Shown: positions 19,048-29,502, numbered from the stretch's first letter. The stretch is 64,000 nucleotides of DNA from Sphingomonadales bacterium (GCA_965227345.1 OZ245755.1:769084-833083); one strand, 5' to 3'. The notes: generated by a model from the sequence alone, not told the origin. Numbers and translations: made by a program.

Positions 19048-19290
19048 TCAGCCTTGATAATTGCGCACGCTGTCTGTAATCGACACGGCAATTTTATCGC
19101 CCGAGATCACGATCTCGCCTTTGGCAATAATTTCGTTATTCGCATAGACAGTCACAAGAGAATCGTGCGTTGCATCAAGGTCTATAACAGCCCCGCGGCC
19201 CATTTTTAGAAGTTGCCGGATTGGCATGACAGCACGCCCCAGAACTACTGATATCTCTACTTTTACGTCATTAACCGCAGTATTTGCCAA
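19048..19290 (-). CDS. FliN/SpoA-domain protein (flagellar switch / T3SS sorting-platform family), 80 aa
   Basis: [63 protein letters not shown] aligns with the conserved FliN C-terminal (SpoA) domain. Confidence 0.75.
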   Translation of the reverse strand: MANTAVNDVKVEISVVLGRAVMPIRQLLKMGRGAVIDLDATHDSLVTVYANNEIIAKGEIVISGDKIAVSITDSVRNYQG

Positions 19291-19435
19291 CGCCCTCTAC
19301 TCCAGAAATCCAGGGGACAGAACCTGTTCATATCCAAACGCCACTTTCCCATGGTATGGTTACTATCGCGTTAACAAGAAAAGGTCATCACAATGCCGCT
19401 ACCTCTTTTTTATTGATTATGCTAAATGTCTGGCC

Positions 19436-20068
19436 ATGCAAATGCCGGAATGGAAAATCAGTGACAGTCTTGTAAGTTATCCGACTGCCATCGCAGAGAT
19501 GGAACAGAGGGTAGCCGATATTCGTGCCGGCCTGAAACCTGAACTGGTCTGGCTGGTTGAGCACCCCCCACTTTACACCGCAGGGACAAGTGCCACGGAA
19601 AGTGACCTTCTGGATGCCCGCCGGTTTCCTGTGCACCAGACAGGACGCGGTGGCCAGTATACCTATCACGGGCCCGGCCAGCGGGTCGTCTACCTTATGC
19701 TCGACCTGAAAGCACGTGACCCGGATATTCGGGGCTATGTCTGCAAACTGGAAGACTGGATCATCGCAACGCTCGCCACATTCAATGTAAAAGGGGAGCG
19801 CCGCACCGGTCGGGTCGGTGTGTGGGTGGACCGGGGCCATGGCAGGGAAGACAAGATCGCAGCCCTTGGGGTCCGGGTTCGGAAATGGGTGACCTATCAT
19901 GGTATCGCAATTAACGTAGAACCGGACCTGTCACATTACGGTGGCATCGTACCTTGCGGCCTAAGTCAGTATGGTGTGACGTCACTGGTGGATCTGGGGC
20001 TGCCTGTTACCATGACAGATGTCGATGTTGCCCTGCGCGAGACATTTGACGATATTTTCGTGCCTTAA
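19436..20068 (+). CDS. lipB: Lipoyl(octanoyl) transferase
   Basis: It has [26 protein letters not shown], and [22 protein letters not shown] with the catalytic Lys region. The start was moved to ATG 19436 (MQMPEWK...). Confidence 0.92.
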   Translation: MQMPEWKISDSLVSYPTAIAEMEQRVADIRAGLKPELVWLVEHPPLYTAGTSATESDLLDARRFPVHQTGRGGQYTYHGPGQRVVYLMLDLKARDPDIRGYVCKLEDWIIATLATFNVKGERRTGRVGVWVDRGHGREDKIAALGVRVRKWVTYHGIAINVEPDLSHYGGIVPCGLSQYGVTSLVDLGLPVTMTDVDVALRETFDDIFVP

Positions 20069-20128
20069 GCATTTGGCTTTGCGGCAAGCCGGCACCGGTT
20101 TTCACCGGCACCGACTTCTGGCTCCAGC

Positions 20129-22114
20129 TTATTCGAATTCCATGATAACGGCATCTACTGCCAGGCTCTCGCCCTTCCCGGCCAGAATTTTCGAGACAAC
20201 GCCGTCCTGTTCCGCACGCAGAATATTTTCCATTTTCATGGCCTCCACCACAGCAAGAGCCTGTCCGGCCTCGACCTGCTGCCCTTCTTCCACATCGACA
20301 CTGACAACCAGTCCGGGCATGGGGCAAAGCAGCAGCTTGGACGTATCCGGCGCTTCCTTCACAGGCATCAACTTTGCCAGTTCCGCGGCCCGTACCGAAC
20401 GTACAAGCACCGGCAGATCATTACCATCATGGGATAACCGATAGCCTTCCGGCAACGGATCGCCTGTCACGGTAACCGGACGACCGTCCACGGTTCCTTC
20501 AAAAATGGGTTGGCCCGGGTTCCATGCGCCTCCCAGATTAATCTGTCGATCTGCAATCCGCACGGTGCAACCGGCGTCCTTCATCACAATATGAACCGGC
20601 ACATCTTCACCGGCGAGTGTCACCACCCAGTCCCCGCTGTATTTCAGGGCCGCATCATCAACACGTCCGCTGATCCTTGTCCGGCGCTCCATTTCCCGCG
20701 CATGCATATAGGTGGCAACGACAAGCAGAACGTCGCGGGCCTCCGGTGTGGTTTCGCCCCCCTTGAAGCCGTCAGGAAACTCTTCCGCAATAAAGCCCGT
20801 CGAAAGCCTGCCGTCGCGGAACCGCTGATGGCGCAGGACAGCCGACAGGAAGCTGATATTGTGATTAATGCCCCGGATGTAATACCGGTCCAGCGCCCGG
20901 CTCATATGGGTAATCGCTTCATCACGCGTCGCACCATACGTTACCAGCTTTGCGATCATGGGATCATAAAACATGCTGATCTCGGCACCTTCATACACGC
21001 CCGTATCCACACGCACGTTGGCCGTTTCAACAGGCGGATTGTACCGACGCAGGCGGCCAATGGACGGCAGAAATTTTCTTAAAGGATCTTCGGCATAAAC
21101 CCGGCTTTCCATCGCCCAGCCGTTGATTTTTACATCTTCCTGACGGATAGACAGCTTCTCACCGGCCGCAACCCTGATCATTTGTTCGACCAGATCAATG
21201 CCTGTGATCAATTCTGTCACCGGATGCTCAACCTGAAGCCGGGTGTTCATTTCCAGAAAATAGAAATTCATGTCGCGATCGACAATAAACTCGACCGTAC
21301 CTGCAGACTTGTAATCCACTTCGCGCGAAAGGGCCACTGACTGCTCCCCCATCGCCTTGCGTGTCGCTTCGTCCAGAAACGGGCTCGGGGCTTCTTCAAT
21401 GACCTTCTGGTGACGGCGCTGGATCGAGCATTCCCGCTCGGCCAGATAAATAATATTGCCATGAGAATCACCCAGCACCTGGATTTCAATATGGCGCGGC
21501 TCTTCGATAAACTTCTCAACAAAGACCCGGTCATCACCAAAGCTTGATTTTGCTTCGTTAGTGGCAGACTGGAAGCCTTCCCGCGCTTCCTCATCATTAT
21601 AGGCAACGCGCATGCCCTTGCCGCCACCGCCAGCTGACGCCTTGATCATCACAGGGTAGCCGATGCCACGGGCAATCTCGGTCGCCTCGGCAGCATCCTT
21701 GATCACACCTATATGCCCGGGGACGGTATTCACACCCGCTGCACGCGCCAGCTTTTTGGATTCTATCTTGTCGCCCATGGCGCCGATCGCACGCTCGCCC
21801 GGACCAATGAAAGCGATCCCGGCATCAGACAATGCCTTCATAAATCCGGCATTTTCTGACAGGAACCCATACCCCGGATGGACGGCCTCGGCCCCGGTTT
21901 CCTTACAGGCTGCGATAATCTTGTCGCCAATCAAATAGCTTTGGGCTGCGGGCGGCGGACCAATAAAGACAGCTTCATCCGCCATCTGGACATGCAGGGC
22001 ATCGGCATCGGCTTCGGAATAAACAGCAACCGTCTTGATTCCCATTTTTTTGGCGGTTTTAATAACGCGGCAAGCGATTTCACCACGGTTTGCAATCAGA
22101 ATTTTCTTGAACAT
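20129..22114 (-). CDS. pccA: Propionyl-CoA carboxylase alpha (biotin carboxylase + BCCP) subunit
   Basis: It has the biotin carboxylase N-terminus KILIANRGEIACRV, an ATP-grasp core and the C-terminal biotinylation motif EAMKMEN. It is adjacent to pccB. Confidence 0.9.
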   Translation of the reverse strand: MFKKILIANRGEIACRVIKTAKKMGIKTVAVYSEADADALHVQMADEAVFIGPPPAAQSYLIGDKIIAACKETGAEAVHPGYGFLSENAGFMKALSDAGIAFIGPGERAIGAMGDKIESKKLARAAGVNTVPGHIGVIKDAAEATEIARGIGYPVMIKASAGGGGKGMRVAYNDEEAREGFQSATNEAKSSFGDDRVFVEKFIEEPRHIEIQVLGDSHGNIIYLAERECSIQRRHQKVIEEAPSPFLDEATRKAMGEQSVALSREVDYKSAGTVEFIVDRDMNFYFLEMNTRLQVEHPVTELITGIDLVEQMIRVAAGEKLSIRQEDVKINGWAMESRVYAEDPLRKFLPSIGRLRRYNPPVETANVRVDTGVYEGAEISMFYDPMIAKLVTYGATRDEAITHMSRALDRYYIRGINHNISFLSAVLRHQRFRDGRLSTGFIAEEFPDGFKGGETTPEARDVLLVVATYMHAREMERRTRISGRVDDAALKYSGDWVVTLAGEDVPVHIVMKDAGCTVRIADRQINLGGAWNPGQPIFEGTVDGRPVTVTGDPLPEGYRLSHDGNDLPVLVRSVRAAELAKLMPVKEAPDTSKLLLCPMPGLVVSVDVEEGQQVEAGQALAVVEAMKMENILRAEQDGVVSKILAGKGESLAVDAVIMEFE

Positions 22115-22166
22115 ATGCTCATCCACTCGAACTTGTTGACCGTTTGTTGTTTCGGTTTGAAATCAC

Positions 22167-23699
22167 CTACAACGGGATATTGTCATGCTTTTTCCAGGGG
22201 TTCTGAAGCTCCTTGTTTTTAAGAGCTCTCAATCCCCGGGTCAGCCTGCGGCGGGTTGAATGCGGCATAATCACCTCGTCAATGAAACCACGGCTGGCCG
22301 CAACAAACGGATTGGCAAATTTTTCCATATATTCCTGCGTCTTTTCCTCGATCTTGGCCTGATCGCCCAAGTCACTCCGGAAAATAATTTCAACAGCCCC
22401 CTTGGCCCCCATCACGGCAATTTCAGCCGTCGGCCAGGCATAGTTGAAATCACCCCGCAGATGTTTGGAACTCATCACATCATAAGCGCCGCCATAAGCC
22501 TTACGGGTAATAACCGTCAGCTTTGGCACCGTCGCCTCGCCATAGGCAAACAAAAGCTTGGCACCGTGCTTGATGATGCCGCCATGTTCCTGCGTTGTGC
22601 CGGGCAAAAAGCCGGGAACATCAACGAATGTTACAATCGGAATACTGTAACAATCACAAAAGCGTACAAAACGCGCTGCCTTGCGGGCTGCAGAAATATC
22701 CAGACATCCGGCCAGCACCATGGGCTGGTTCGCAACCACACCCACCGTCTGCCCCTCAAGCCGTCCGAACCCTGTAATAATATTGGCGGCAAAACCGGGC
22801 TGGGTTTCAAAAAAGTCGCCTTCATCGACAACTTTCTCGATCAGCTCTTTCATATCATACGGCTTGTTCGGATTTTTCGGCACCAGTGTATCCAGCGACA
22901 TATCCAGCCGCTCCGGACTGTCATATGTCGGCCGGACCGGCGGTTTTTCCCTGCTGTTCAATGGCATGAAATCAAAGAAGCGACGCACCTGCGCCAGTGT
23001 TTCAACGTCATTTTCAAAAGCCAGATCAGCAACACTGGATTTGGTGGTATGTGTCACCGCCCCGCCCAGTTCTTCCTGCGTCACCGTTTCCTGTGTCACT
23101 GTCTTGACCACATCGGGCCCGGTCACAAACATGTAGGACGTGTCCTTGACCATAAAGATGAAGTCGGTCATGGCGGGCGAATAAACGGCCCCGCCGGCAC
23201 ATGGCCCCATGATCACGGAAATCTGCGGCACAACGCCCGACGCCATGATATTGCGCTGAAACACATCGGCATAGCCTGCCAAAGACGCAACACCTTCCTG
23301 AATACGGGCCCCGCCGGAATCGTTCATGCCAATGACCGGTGCCCCAACCTTGATCGCCATATCCATGACCTTGCAGATTTTCTCTGCATGCGTTTCGGAC
23401 AGAGATCCGCCAAAAACTGTAAAGTCCTGACTGAAGACATAAACCAGTCGCCCGTTAATGGTGCCACTGCCGGTCACCACGCCATCGCCGGGATATTTCT
23501 GGTCCTGCATCCCGAAATCAACACAACGATGCTCCACGAACATGTCGTATTCTTCGAAACTGTCGGGATCCAGCAGCAATTCGATACGCTCACGGGCCGT
23601 CAGCTTGCCCCGCGCGTGCTGCGCTTCGATCCGTTTGGCACCACCGCCCTCTCTCGCATGCTCTCGCATCTTTTCAAGTTTCAGAAGAATATCTTGCAT
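22167..23699 (-). CDS. pccB: Propionyl-CoA carboxylase beta (carboxyltransferase) subunit
   Basis: 510 aa. The length and motifs fit the carboxyltransferase family ([39 protein letters not shown]). Confidence 0.93.
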   Translation of the reverse strand: MQDILLKLEKMREHAREGGGAKRIEAQHARGKLTARERIELLLDPDSFEEYDMFVEHRCVDFGMQDQKYPGDGVVTGSGTINGRLVYVFSQDFTVFGGSLSETHAEKICKVMDMAIKVGAPVIGMNDSGGARIQEGVASLAGYADVFQRNIMASGVVPQISVIMGPCAGGAVYSPAMTDFIFMVKDTSYMFVTGPDVVKTVTQETVTQEELGGAVTHTTKSSVADLAFENDVETLAQVRRFFDFMPLNSREKPPVRPTYDSPERLDMSLDTLVPKNPNKPYDMKELIEKVVDEGDFFETQPGFAANIITGFGRLEGQTVGVVANQPMVLAGCLDISAARKAARFVRFCDCYSIPIVTFVDVPGFLPGTTQEHGGIIKHGAKLLFAYGEATVPKLTVITRKAYGGAYDVMSSKHLRGDFNYAWPTAEIAVMGAKGAVEIIFRSDLGDQAKIEEKTQEYMEKFANPFVAASRGFIDEVIMPHSTRRRLTRGLRALKNKELQNPWKKHDNIPL

Positions 23700-23843
23700 G
23701 TTACGCTGCCTCCGTACCTGTTATGTCTCTCATCGTCTTATCATTCATTCTATCGTTCGGGTGTCGATATACCTTCAAATGTAGCTTGAATCCAGCTTTC
23801 AGGGCAATTTTATGACAGTTTCTTCCGTAACCGTTGGAACATT

Positions 23844-24545
23844 TCAGCTATTCTCACGGAAAAGCGCCCTGAATTGCGCCGCCTGGGAAATCTCTGCCGA
23901 TCGCGCGGCAAGACGTTGCAAGGCTTCAGCATCTTCTCCCCAGCGCTCTGCCTGAAATGTCTCGTCAATTGTGCTGATGCCCGTTGCCTGTTCGGCCTCA
24001 AGCTCTCCCTCAATGACAGCCAGCCCGATCACCACCGAACCTGATATCGTCGTTATCGTATGCAGGGACGCCAGCGTATAATCACAACAACTGGCAACTG
24101 CGTCTCTGATCTGCGCCAGTGCCCCCGGATCCTGACTTACATGGACAATACCTGACGTGACAACAAGTCGGGCGGAATATTGTTTCTCCAGCCAGTCCAG
24201 TAACGGGTTCCAGGCAAGCGCCTGACGCTCCACCAGACTGTCCGGCCCATCGGCCCGATAGCACAACAGATCCGACGCGCCGTACCCTGCTATTTCATCC
24301 ACCACCTCGTCACGACGCCCTGCAATCCGGTCAATAACCGTATTGGCAAACCGGGTGAAGGGCATGCGTGCCGGGTCTATTTTCTCGCCCTGTGCCGCCC
24401 ACTCCGCCGCGACGGCTTCAGCAACTGTCTTATGCGGTAATGTCAGGACCTGCTTGCCCGGCGTTCGCACCGGGCGGGTATCCAGCACAATCTCAAAGCC
24501 TCGCCCGGTTTCCTTGACCGCTGCTGATGTATAAAACCTTTTCAC
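23844..24545 (-). CDS. ATP12 family F1-ATPase assembly chaperone homologue
   Basis: 233 aa. The N-terminus KRFYTSAAV...GFEIVLDTRPVRTPGKQVLTLP...AVAAEWAAQ is the conserved ATP12/ATPAF2 signature. Confidence 0.85.
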   Translation of the reverse strand: MKRFYTSAAVKETGRGFEIVLDTRPVRTPGKQVLTLPHKTVAEAVAAEWAAQGEKIDPARMPFTRFANTVIDRIAGRRDEVVDEIAGYGASDLLCYRADGPDSLVERQALAWNPLLDWLEKQYSARLVVTSGIVHVSQDPGALAQIRDAVASCCDYTLASLHTITTISGSVVIGLAVIEGELEAEQATGISTIDETFQAERWGEDAEALQRLAARSAEISQAAQFRALFRENS

Positions 24546-24548
24546 GTC

Positions 24549-25223
24549 TTATTGTTGCTCCGACCATTGGGTGACCAACGGGAAAAGTTGCTTAAAATCG
24601 TCGATGACCTTGACAGCCCCGTGTTCCGTCAGCTCATGCGGATCATGATATCCCCACGAAACGCCAACGCCCGTGGCACCGGCGGCACGCGCCATTGCCA
24701 TGTCATAACTCGTGTCCCCGATCACCACTGTGTCCGACGGATCCACTCCCGCCTCTGTCATGGCCTGCTGCACCATTTGGGGATGAGGTTTCCCGGCGGC
24801 GTCCTCGGCAGTTTGCAGTGTGACAAAAAATGCCCCCAGATTATGAAGGTCAATCACCGCCCGCAGACCGCGCCGTGATTTACCGGTGGCCACGCCCATC
24901 AAATACCCCGCATCGCGCAATTGCTCCAACGCCTCGATTGTGCCCGGATACAATGGCTCCTGTTGCAGTTCTTTTTCGCGTAAATGCCGGAAGCCTGCCT
25001 TGTATTTGTCGGCGACAAGAATATGCAGATCGGGGTCCGCATCCGGTATCAATACCGATACCGCCTCGACCAGTGACAGCCCCACGACACGACGCACCGC
25101 ATGGGGTTCTGGCAGATCCAGCTGGCAACTTTCAAAGGCCGCATTCATTGCGGCACCTATCATATGCTGGCTGTCTACCAGCGTACCATCGCAGTCAAAA
25201 ATAACCAGCTTCGCGGCACTCAC
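24549..25223 (-). CDS. HAD-IA family hydrolase (phosphoglycolate phosphatase-like)
   Basis: Motif I is FDCDGTLVDS, motif II is GVATGKSRRG, and motif IV is IGDTSYDMAMA. Confidence 0.85.
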   Translation of the reverse strand: MSAAKLVIFDCDGTLVDSQHMIGAAMNAAFESCQLDLPEPHAVRRVVGLSLVEAVSVLIPDADPDLHILVADKYKAGFRHLREKELQQEPLYPGTIEALEQLRDAGYLMGVATGKSRRGLRAVIDLHNLGAFFVTLQTAEDAAGKPHPQMVQQAMTEAGVDPSDTVVIGDTSYDMAMARAAGATGVGVSWGYHDPHELTEHGAVKVIDDFKQLFPLVTQWSEQQ

Positions 25224-26215
25224 ATCATATCCTCTTCTTCGAAGGGGTCTGTATTGTCCCTGGCATCAAACCCGAAAAAATCCCAGCTTTCCGACATGTG
25301 TTTTGGCAGCGGCGCCACCACATGCAACCGCCCCCCTGAAGGATGCGGGATATCAAGCTCACGCGCATGCAAATGTAGCTTGCGACTGATACTGCCCTGT
25401 ATATGAGCTTCTTTTCCGCCATATTTGCCATCCCCCAGAATTGGGGTGCCCACCGCCTCGCAATGGGCCCGCAACTGATGCGTACGACCGGTCAAGGGCC
25501 GAAGCGCCAGCCAGGAAACCCTGGCCGCAGCATGGTCCTTGATCGCATACAGGGTCACAGCCTTTTTACCCTCTTCTTCATTCACTTCCATCCGTTCCCG
25601 GTCACCATCGGCTTCTTTCGCCAGCGGGGCATCAATCTTGCCCATGGCAATGTCGGGTTTGCCCACGACCAGCGCCCAGTAAAGCTTCTTGGCCGAACGG
25701 GTCCGGAATGCCGCGGTCAGTTTGGTTGCGGCCTGGGCATTTTTCGCCACCACCAGCAAACCGCTTGTATCCTTGTCGATCCGGTGCACCAGGCGAGGCT
25801 TGACGCCTTGCGCATCCCGCAAACCTTCCAGCAAACCATCAATGTGTTGTGTAACGCCCGAGCCCCCCTGAACAGCAAGCCCCGGCAATTTGTTAAACAC
25901 GATCAGATCCTTGTCCTGATGGATAATCATATCCTTCAACAGGCGCAAATCATCTTCACTGTGTTTTGGTGCAGGCCTGTTTGTGGATTTATGCGGCTTC
26001 ACCGCATCATCATCCAGTGGCGGCACCCGAATTTCTACACCAGCGTCCAGTCGCTGACTTGCCTGTACGCGCTTGCCCGCGACCCTCACCTGCCCGGTAC
26101 GCAACAGTTTGGACAATCTGCCATGCGCCAGACCGGGATAATGGCGCTTGAACCAGCGATCCAGCCGGATGCCGTCATCATCAGCCACAACAGCAATAAT
26201 CTGAACACCGCTCAT
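25220..26215 (-). CDS. RluA-family 23S rRNA pseudouridine synthase (RluC-like, with S4 domain)
   Basis: It has an N-terminal S4 RNA-binding domain, the catalytic motif HRIDKDTSGLL and the C-terminal HQLRAH. Confidence 0.9.
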   Translation of the reverse strand: MSGVQIIAVVADDDGIRLDRWFKRHYPGLAHGRLSKLLRTGQVRVAGKRVQASQRLDAGVEIRVPPLDDDAVKPHKSTNRPAPKHSEDDLRLLKDMIIHQDKDLIVFNKLPGLAVQGGSGVTQHIDGLLEGLRDAQGVKPRLVHRIDKDTSGLLVVAKNAQAATKLTAAFRTRSAKKLYWALVVGKPDIAMGKIDAPLAKEADGDRERMEVNEEEGKKAVTLYAIKDHAAARVSWLALRPLTGRTHQLRAHCEAVGTPILGDGKYGGKEAHIQGSISRKLHLHARELDIPHPSGGRLHVVAPLPKHMSESWDFFGFDARDNTDPFEEEDMM

Positions 26216-26592
26216 GCTACGACCACGCGGCCCAGATATAATCCGGCGAACAGGGCACCAACTGACAATATTACGGAAGCAAGCGCATATATTGCTGCCT
26301 GACCGTGCGCATTTCTTTCCATTAAAAGTACTACCTCCAGCGAAAAAGCCGAAAAAGTTGTAAAACCACCTAAAAGGCCAACGGTCAAAAAGGCACGCCA
26401 GACCGGGCTGAGTGAAAACTTAAGCGCCAGTGCCTCGACCAGAAACCCCATTGCCAGAGCACCCACCACATTGACAGCCAGTGTACCCCAGGGAAAGCTG
26501 CTGCCAGCCATGCGCATCACATAACCTGACATATAATAGCGGCCAATTGCACCCAACGAACCGCCCAATCCCACTGCCATCCACATCTGCAT
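26212..26592 (-). CDS. crcB: Fluoride ion channel CrcB/FluC
   Basis: 126 aa with 4 TM helices and the motifs GGSLGAIGRY and GLLGGFTTFS. Its stop overlaps the rluC-like start (ATGA). Confidence 0.9.
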   Translation of the reverse strand: MQMWMAVGLGGSLGAIGRYYMSGYVMRMAGSSFPWGTLAVNVVGALAMGFLVEALALKFSLSPVWRAFLTVGLLGGFTTFSAFSLEVVLLMERNAHGQAAIYALASVILSVGALFAGLYLGRVVVA

Positions 26593-26693
26593 AATTGCCG
26601 CTCCTGCTCAATGGCCGCAAATTGACCTATCTGGCCTGAAAAGTCCATCCTTCCGTGCAGGCAACCCGAAGGGGTCAGCCCGTCAAAGGGCTT

Positions 26694-28004
26694 TTAAGGC
26701 TTGCCGCTTTTCCCGTCCCGAATACGGGACCAGAATTCCAGCCTCTTTATGACTTCGCGTTCGAAGCCGCGATCAACGGGCTGATAAAAGTTTTCACGCC
26801 GCATTGTGTCGGGAAAGTAATTCTGACCGGAAAAACCATCGGCAGTGTCATGGTCATATTCATATCCCTTGCCATAGCCCAGATCTTTCATCATTGCCGT
26901 TGGCGCATTCAGTATGTGCTTGGGGGGCATCAGAGAACCCGTTTTCTTCGCGGCAGCCACAGCCCCCTTGTAGGCCTTGTAAGCGGCATTTGATTTCGGC
27001 GCTGTGCCCAGATAGATCACGGCCTGGGCAATTGCCAGCTCTCCCTCGGGCGAGCCCAGAAAATCATAAGTATCCTTGGCCGCCAGCGCCTGCACAACGG
27101 CGTTCGGATCAGCAAGGCCAATGTCTTCCACCGCAAAGCGCACCAGCCGACGGGTGATATAAAGCGGATCTTCCCCGGCCACCAGCATGCGTGCCAGCCA
27201 GTAAAGGGCCGCGTCCGTGTCGGACCCCCGCAACGATTTGTGAAGCGCACTGATCAGGTTGTAATGCCCGTCCTGGCCCTTGTCGTAAACAGGAGCACGC
27301 TTTTGCAACAGCTTCACCAGTCCGGCCGTATCCAGCGGTTTGTCAAACTTCTGGCTAAGCAGTGTTTCCGCCATATTCAGCAGATACCGGCCGTCACCAT
27401 CCGCCATCGCCCTGAGCGAGGCCCGGGCCGTCGCATCCACAGGCAAGACCTTCCCCTCAAGCTCTTCCGCGCGGGACAGCAATTCATCCATTGCCGCATC
27501 ATCCAGACGGTTCAGCACCAAAATCTGGACCCGCGACATCAACGCGGCGTTCAGTTCAAAAGAGGGGTTCTCGGTCGTCGCACCCACCAGAATAATGGTG
27601 CCATCTTCAACATAGGGCAGAAACCCGTCCTGTTGAGAGCGGTTAAAACGGTGAATTTCGTCAACAAAAAGCAATGTGCCTTTCCCTGACTGGCGCCGTG
27701 CCCTTGCCGCTTCAAACGCCTTGCGTAAATCCGCCACGCCCGAGAACACGGCTGATATCTGTTCAAAATGGAGATCAGTGCGGTCGGCAAGCAGCCGCGC
27801 CATCGTCGTTTTGCCTGTACCCGGCGGCCCCCACAAAATCATGGACGTCAGTCTTTTTGCTACAAGCATTCGCCCCAGTACGCCGTCTTCTGCGGTAAGA
27901 TGTGCCTGACCCACAACCTGTTCAAGCGTCGCAGGCCGCAAGCGATCGGCCAGCGGTCGAGGCGCATCATTCTCCAGTCCTGCAGCAGCAAACAGATCAG
28001 ACAT
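26694..28004 (-). CDS. rarA: Replication-associated recombination protein A (AAA+ ATPase RarA/MgsA)
   Basis: It has LRP..L...VGQ.HL, Walker A GPPGTGKTT, Walker B LFVDEIHRFN and the C-terminal MgsA helical domain. The start was moved to ATG 28004. Confidence 0.92.
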   Translation of the reverse strand: MSDLFAAAGLENDAPRPLADRLRPATLEQVVGQAHLTAEDGVLGRMLVAKRLTSMILWGPPGTGKTTMARLLADRTDLHFEQISAVFSGVADLRKAFEAARARRQSGKGTLLFVDEIHRFNRSQQDGFLPYVEDGTIILVGATTENPSFELNAALMSRVQILVLNRLDDAAMDELLSRAEELEGKVLPVDATARASLRAMADGDGRYLLNMAETLLSQKFDKPLDTAGLVKLLQKRAPVYDKGQDGHYNLISALHKSLRGSDTDAALYWLARMLVAGEDPLYITRRLVRFAVEDIGLADPNAVVQALAAKDTYDFLGSPEGELAIAQAVIYLGTAPKSNAAYKAYKGAVAAAKKTGSLMPPKHILNAPTAMMKDLGYGKGYEYDHDTADGFSGQNYFPDTMRRENFYQPVDRGFEREVIKRLEFWSRIRDGKSGKP

Positions 28005-28015
28005 TACCCTGCCCG

Positions 28016-29467
28016 TTATTTCCGACAGCCAAACGAACCATCCTGGTTCTGACCACATTCAATTGAAGTATCCCCGCGACGTATTTTATAACGGAATTCC
28101 GCATCTTTTCTGGCCAGGATGTCCGCCATTTCTGCTACCGTTTTAATCGCAATACCATTCACTTCAACCACAATATCGCCGGGGCGAAGCAGGCCATATC
28201 GGGCCGGGATGCTTCGACGGTCCAGTTCCAGTACCACGACACCGGATAAAAACGCATCCAGCTTCAACTCTTCGGCAAAAGCCGGTGACATATTGCCAAT
28301 CTTCACACCTTTAAAGAAATTATCATCCTCGACCACCGCCACATTGCGTGGGGGCACCTCAGGTGCTGCGACAAGCTTTAACTGAACGATTTTCTCCTTG
28401 CCATCCCGCAGCAATCTGATCGGAACCGCATTCTTTACTCCGCCTTTGCCAAGACGTAACCGAAAGCGCAAGCCTTCGATAGAATAGACCTCGTTGCCAT
28501 CAACAGACATAATGATGTCCCCGACCCTGATGCCCGCCTTGTCGGCCGGCCCGCCGGGATAAAGCTGATTGACCAACACCCCAACAGGGCGCGTCTGCCC
28601 CATAACCTCGGCAATATCGGCTGTCATTTCCTGCCCGGAAGCGCCAACCCAGGGCCGCAGGATTTTTCCATCCGACAAGGCTGCAACGACCACGGAATTG
28701 GCCATATTGGACGGGATGGCAAACCCGATCCCGATTGATCCCCCGGAACGGGAGTAAATTGCCGTATTAATGCCCGCCAGTTTGCCATCCAGTGTGACCA
28801 GTGCACCACCGGAATTCCCGGGGTTGATGGCGGCATCCGTCTGGATAAAGAATTGATAGTCACTGACCCCCACGTTGGTCCGGGCAAGCGCTGAAACGAT
28901 GCCCGAGGTGACGGTCTGACCCACCCCGAACGGATTTCCGATTGCGAGGACCACATCCCCGACTTCCAGACCATCTGAATCCAGAAACTCCAGATACGGC
29001 AGCTTGTCGTCTTTTGTTTCAATCTTCAAAACGGCCAGATCGGTGCTTTTGTCGGCCAGCACAACAGTCGCCTCAAATTCCCTGCGATCATTCAATACAA
29101 CCGTAATCTGGTCGGCTTCCCCGATCACATGCTCACTGGTCACGATAACCCCGCTTTCGCCCACAATCACGCCCGACCCCAGCGAGCGTTGAATACGCTC
29201 CTGCGGAGCACTGCCGCCAAAGCCTTCTCCAAAGAACCTTTTAAAAAACGGGTCGTCAAAAAATGGCGAACGACGTGCTTCAACCTTCACCGTCTTTTTT
29301 GTGTAGATATTAACCACCGCCGGTGCGACAGCACGCACCACCGGGCCGAAGGAATAGACCAGCTGTTCTTTTGATTGTGGCACCACGCGAACCGGCTCTG
29401 AAGCCTTGGCCGGTATCATCAGCCCGGCGCAGCAAAGCAGGGCCAGAAAAGTTGTTCTCAAACGCAT
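28016..29467 (-). CDS. Periplasmic serine endoprotease DegP/DegQ (HtrA family, two PDZ domains)
   Basis: It has a signal peptide, the catalytic triad context (TSEHV, DLAVLK, GNSGGAL) and two PDZ-like regions. The start was set at ATG 29467, which follows a GAGGA Shine-Dalgarno motif. TTG 29485 and ATG 29479 are alternatives. Confidence 0.9.
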   Translation of the reverse strand: MRLRTTFLALLCCAGLMIPAKASEPVRVVPQSKEQLVYSFGPVVRAVAPAVVNIYTKKTVKVEARRSPFFDDPFFKRFFGEGFGGSAPQERIQRSLGSGVIVGESGVIVTSEHVIGEADQITVVLNDRREFEATVVLADKSTDLAVLKIETKDDKLPYLEFLDSDGLEVGDVVLAIGNPFGVGQTVTSGIVSALARTNVGVSDYQFFIQTDAAINPGNSGGALVTLDGKLAGINTAIYSRSGGSIGIGFAIPSNMANSVVVAALSDGKILRPWVGASGQEMTADIAEVMGQTRPVGVLVNQLYPGGPADKAGIRVGDIIMSVDGNEVYSIEGLRFRLRLGKGGVKNAVPIRLLRDGKEKIVQLKLVAAPEVPPRNVAVVEDDNFFKGVKIGNMSPAFAEELKLDAFLSGVVVLELDRRSIPARYGLLRPGDIVVEVNGIAIKTVAEMADILARKDAEFRYKIRRGDTSIECGQNQDGSFGCRK

Positions 29468-29502
29468 GGTTTTCCTCATTCTCAAAATTGGGGCTTTAAA
29501 CC

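Noticed and set aside
20069-20128. Bidirectional terminator between the convergent lipB and pccA genes
   Set aside because: The region contains a direct CACCGG repeat and self-complementary CCGG tetramers around a TTTT. I could only form a 4-5 bp stem, which is not convincing.
22260-23789. 509-aa plus-strand ORF opposite pccB
   Set aside because: It is fully antisense to a strongly conserved carboxyltransferase gene. Its translation is Arg/His/Gly/Leu-rich low-complexity sequence with no recognisable motif. This is a typical shadow ORF created by codon bias on the opposite strand.
26593-26693. Fluoride riboswitch upstream of crcB
   Set aside because: Reading the minus strand, I cannot place the conserved crcB-motif core (GGCGAUG...AACCGCC...CUGAUGAUGCCU) or its pseudoknot. 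Only generic short hairpins are present. A covariance-model search is needed to be certain.
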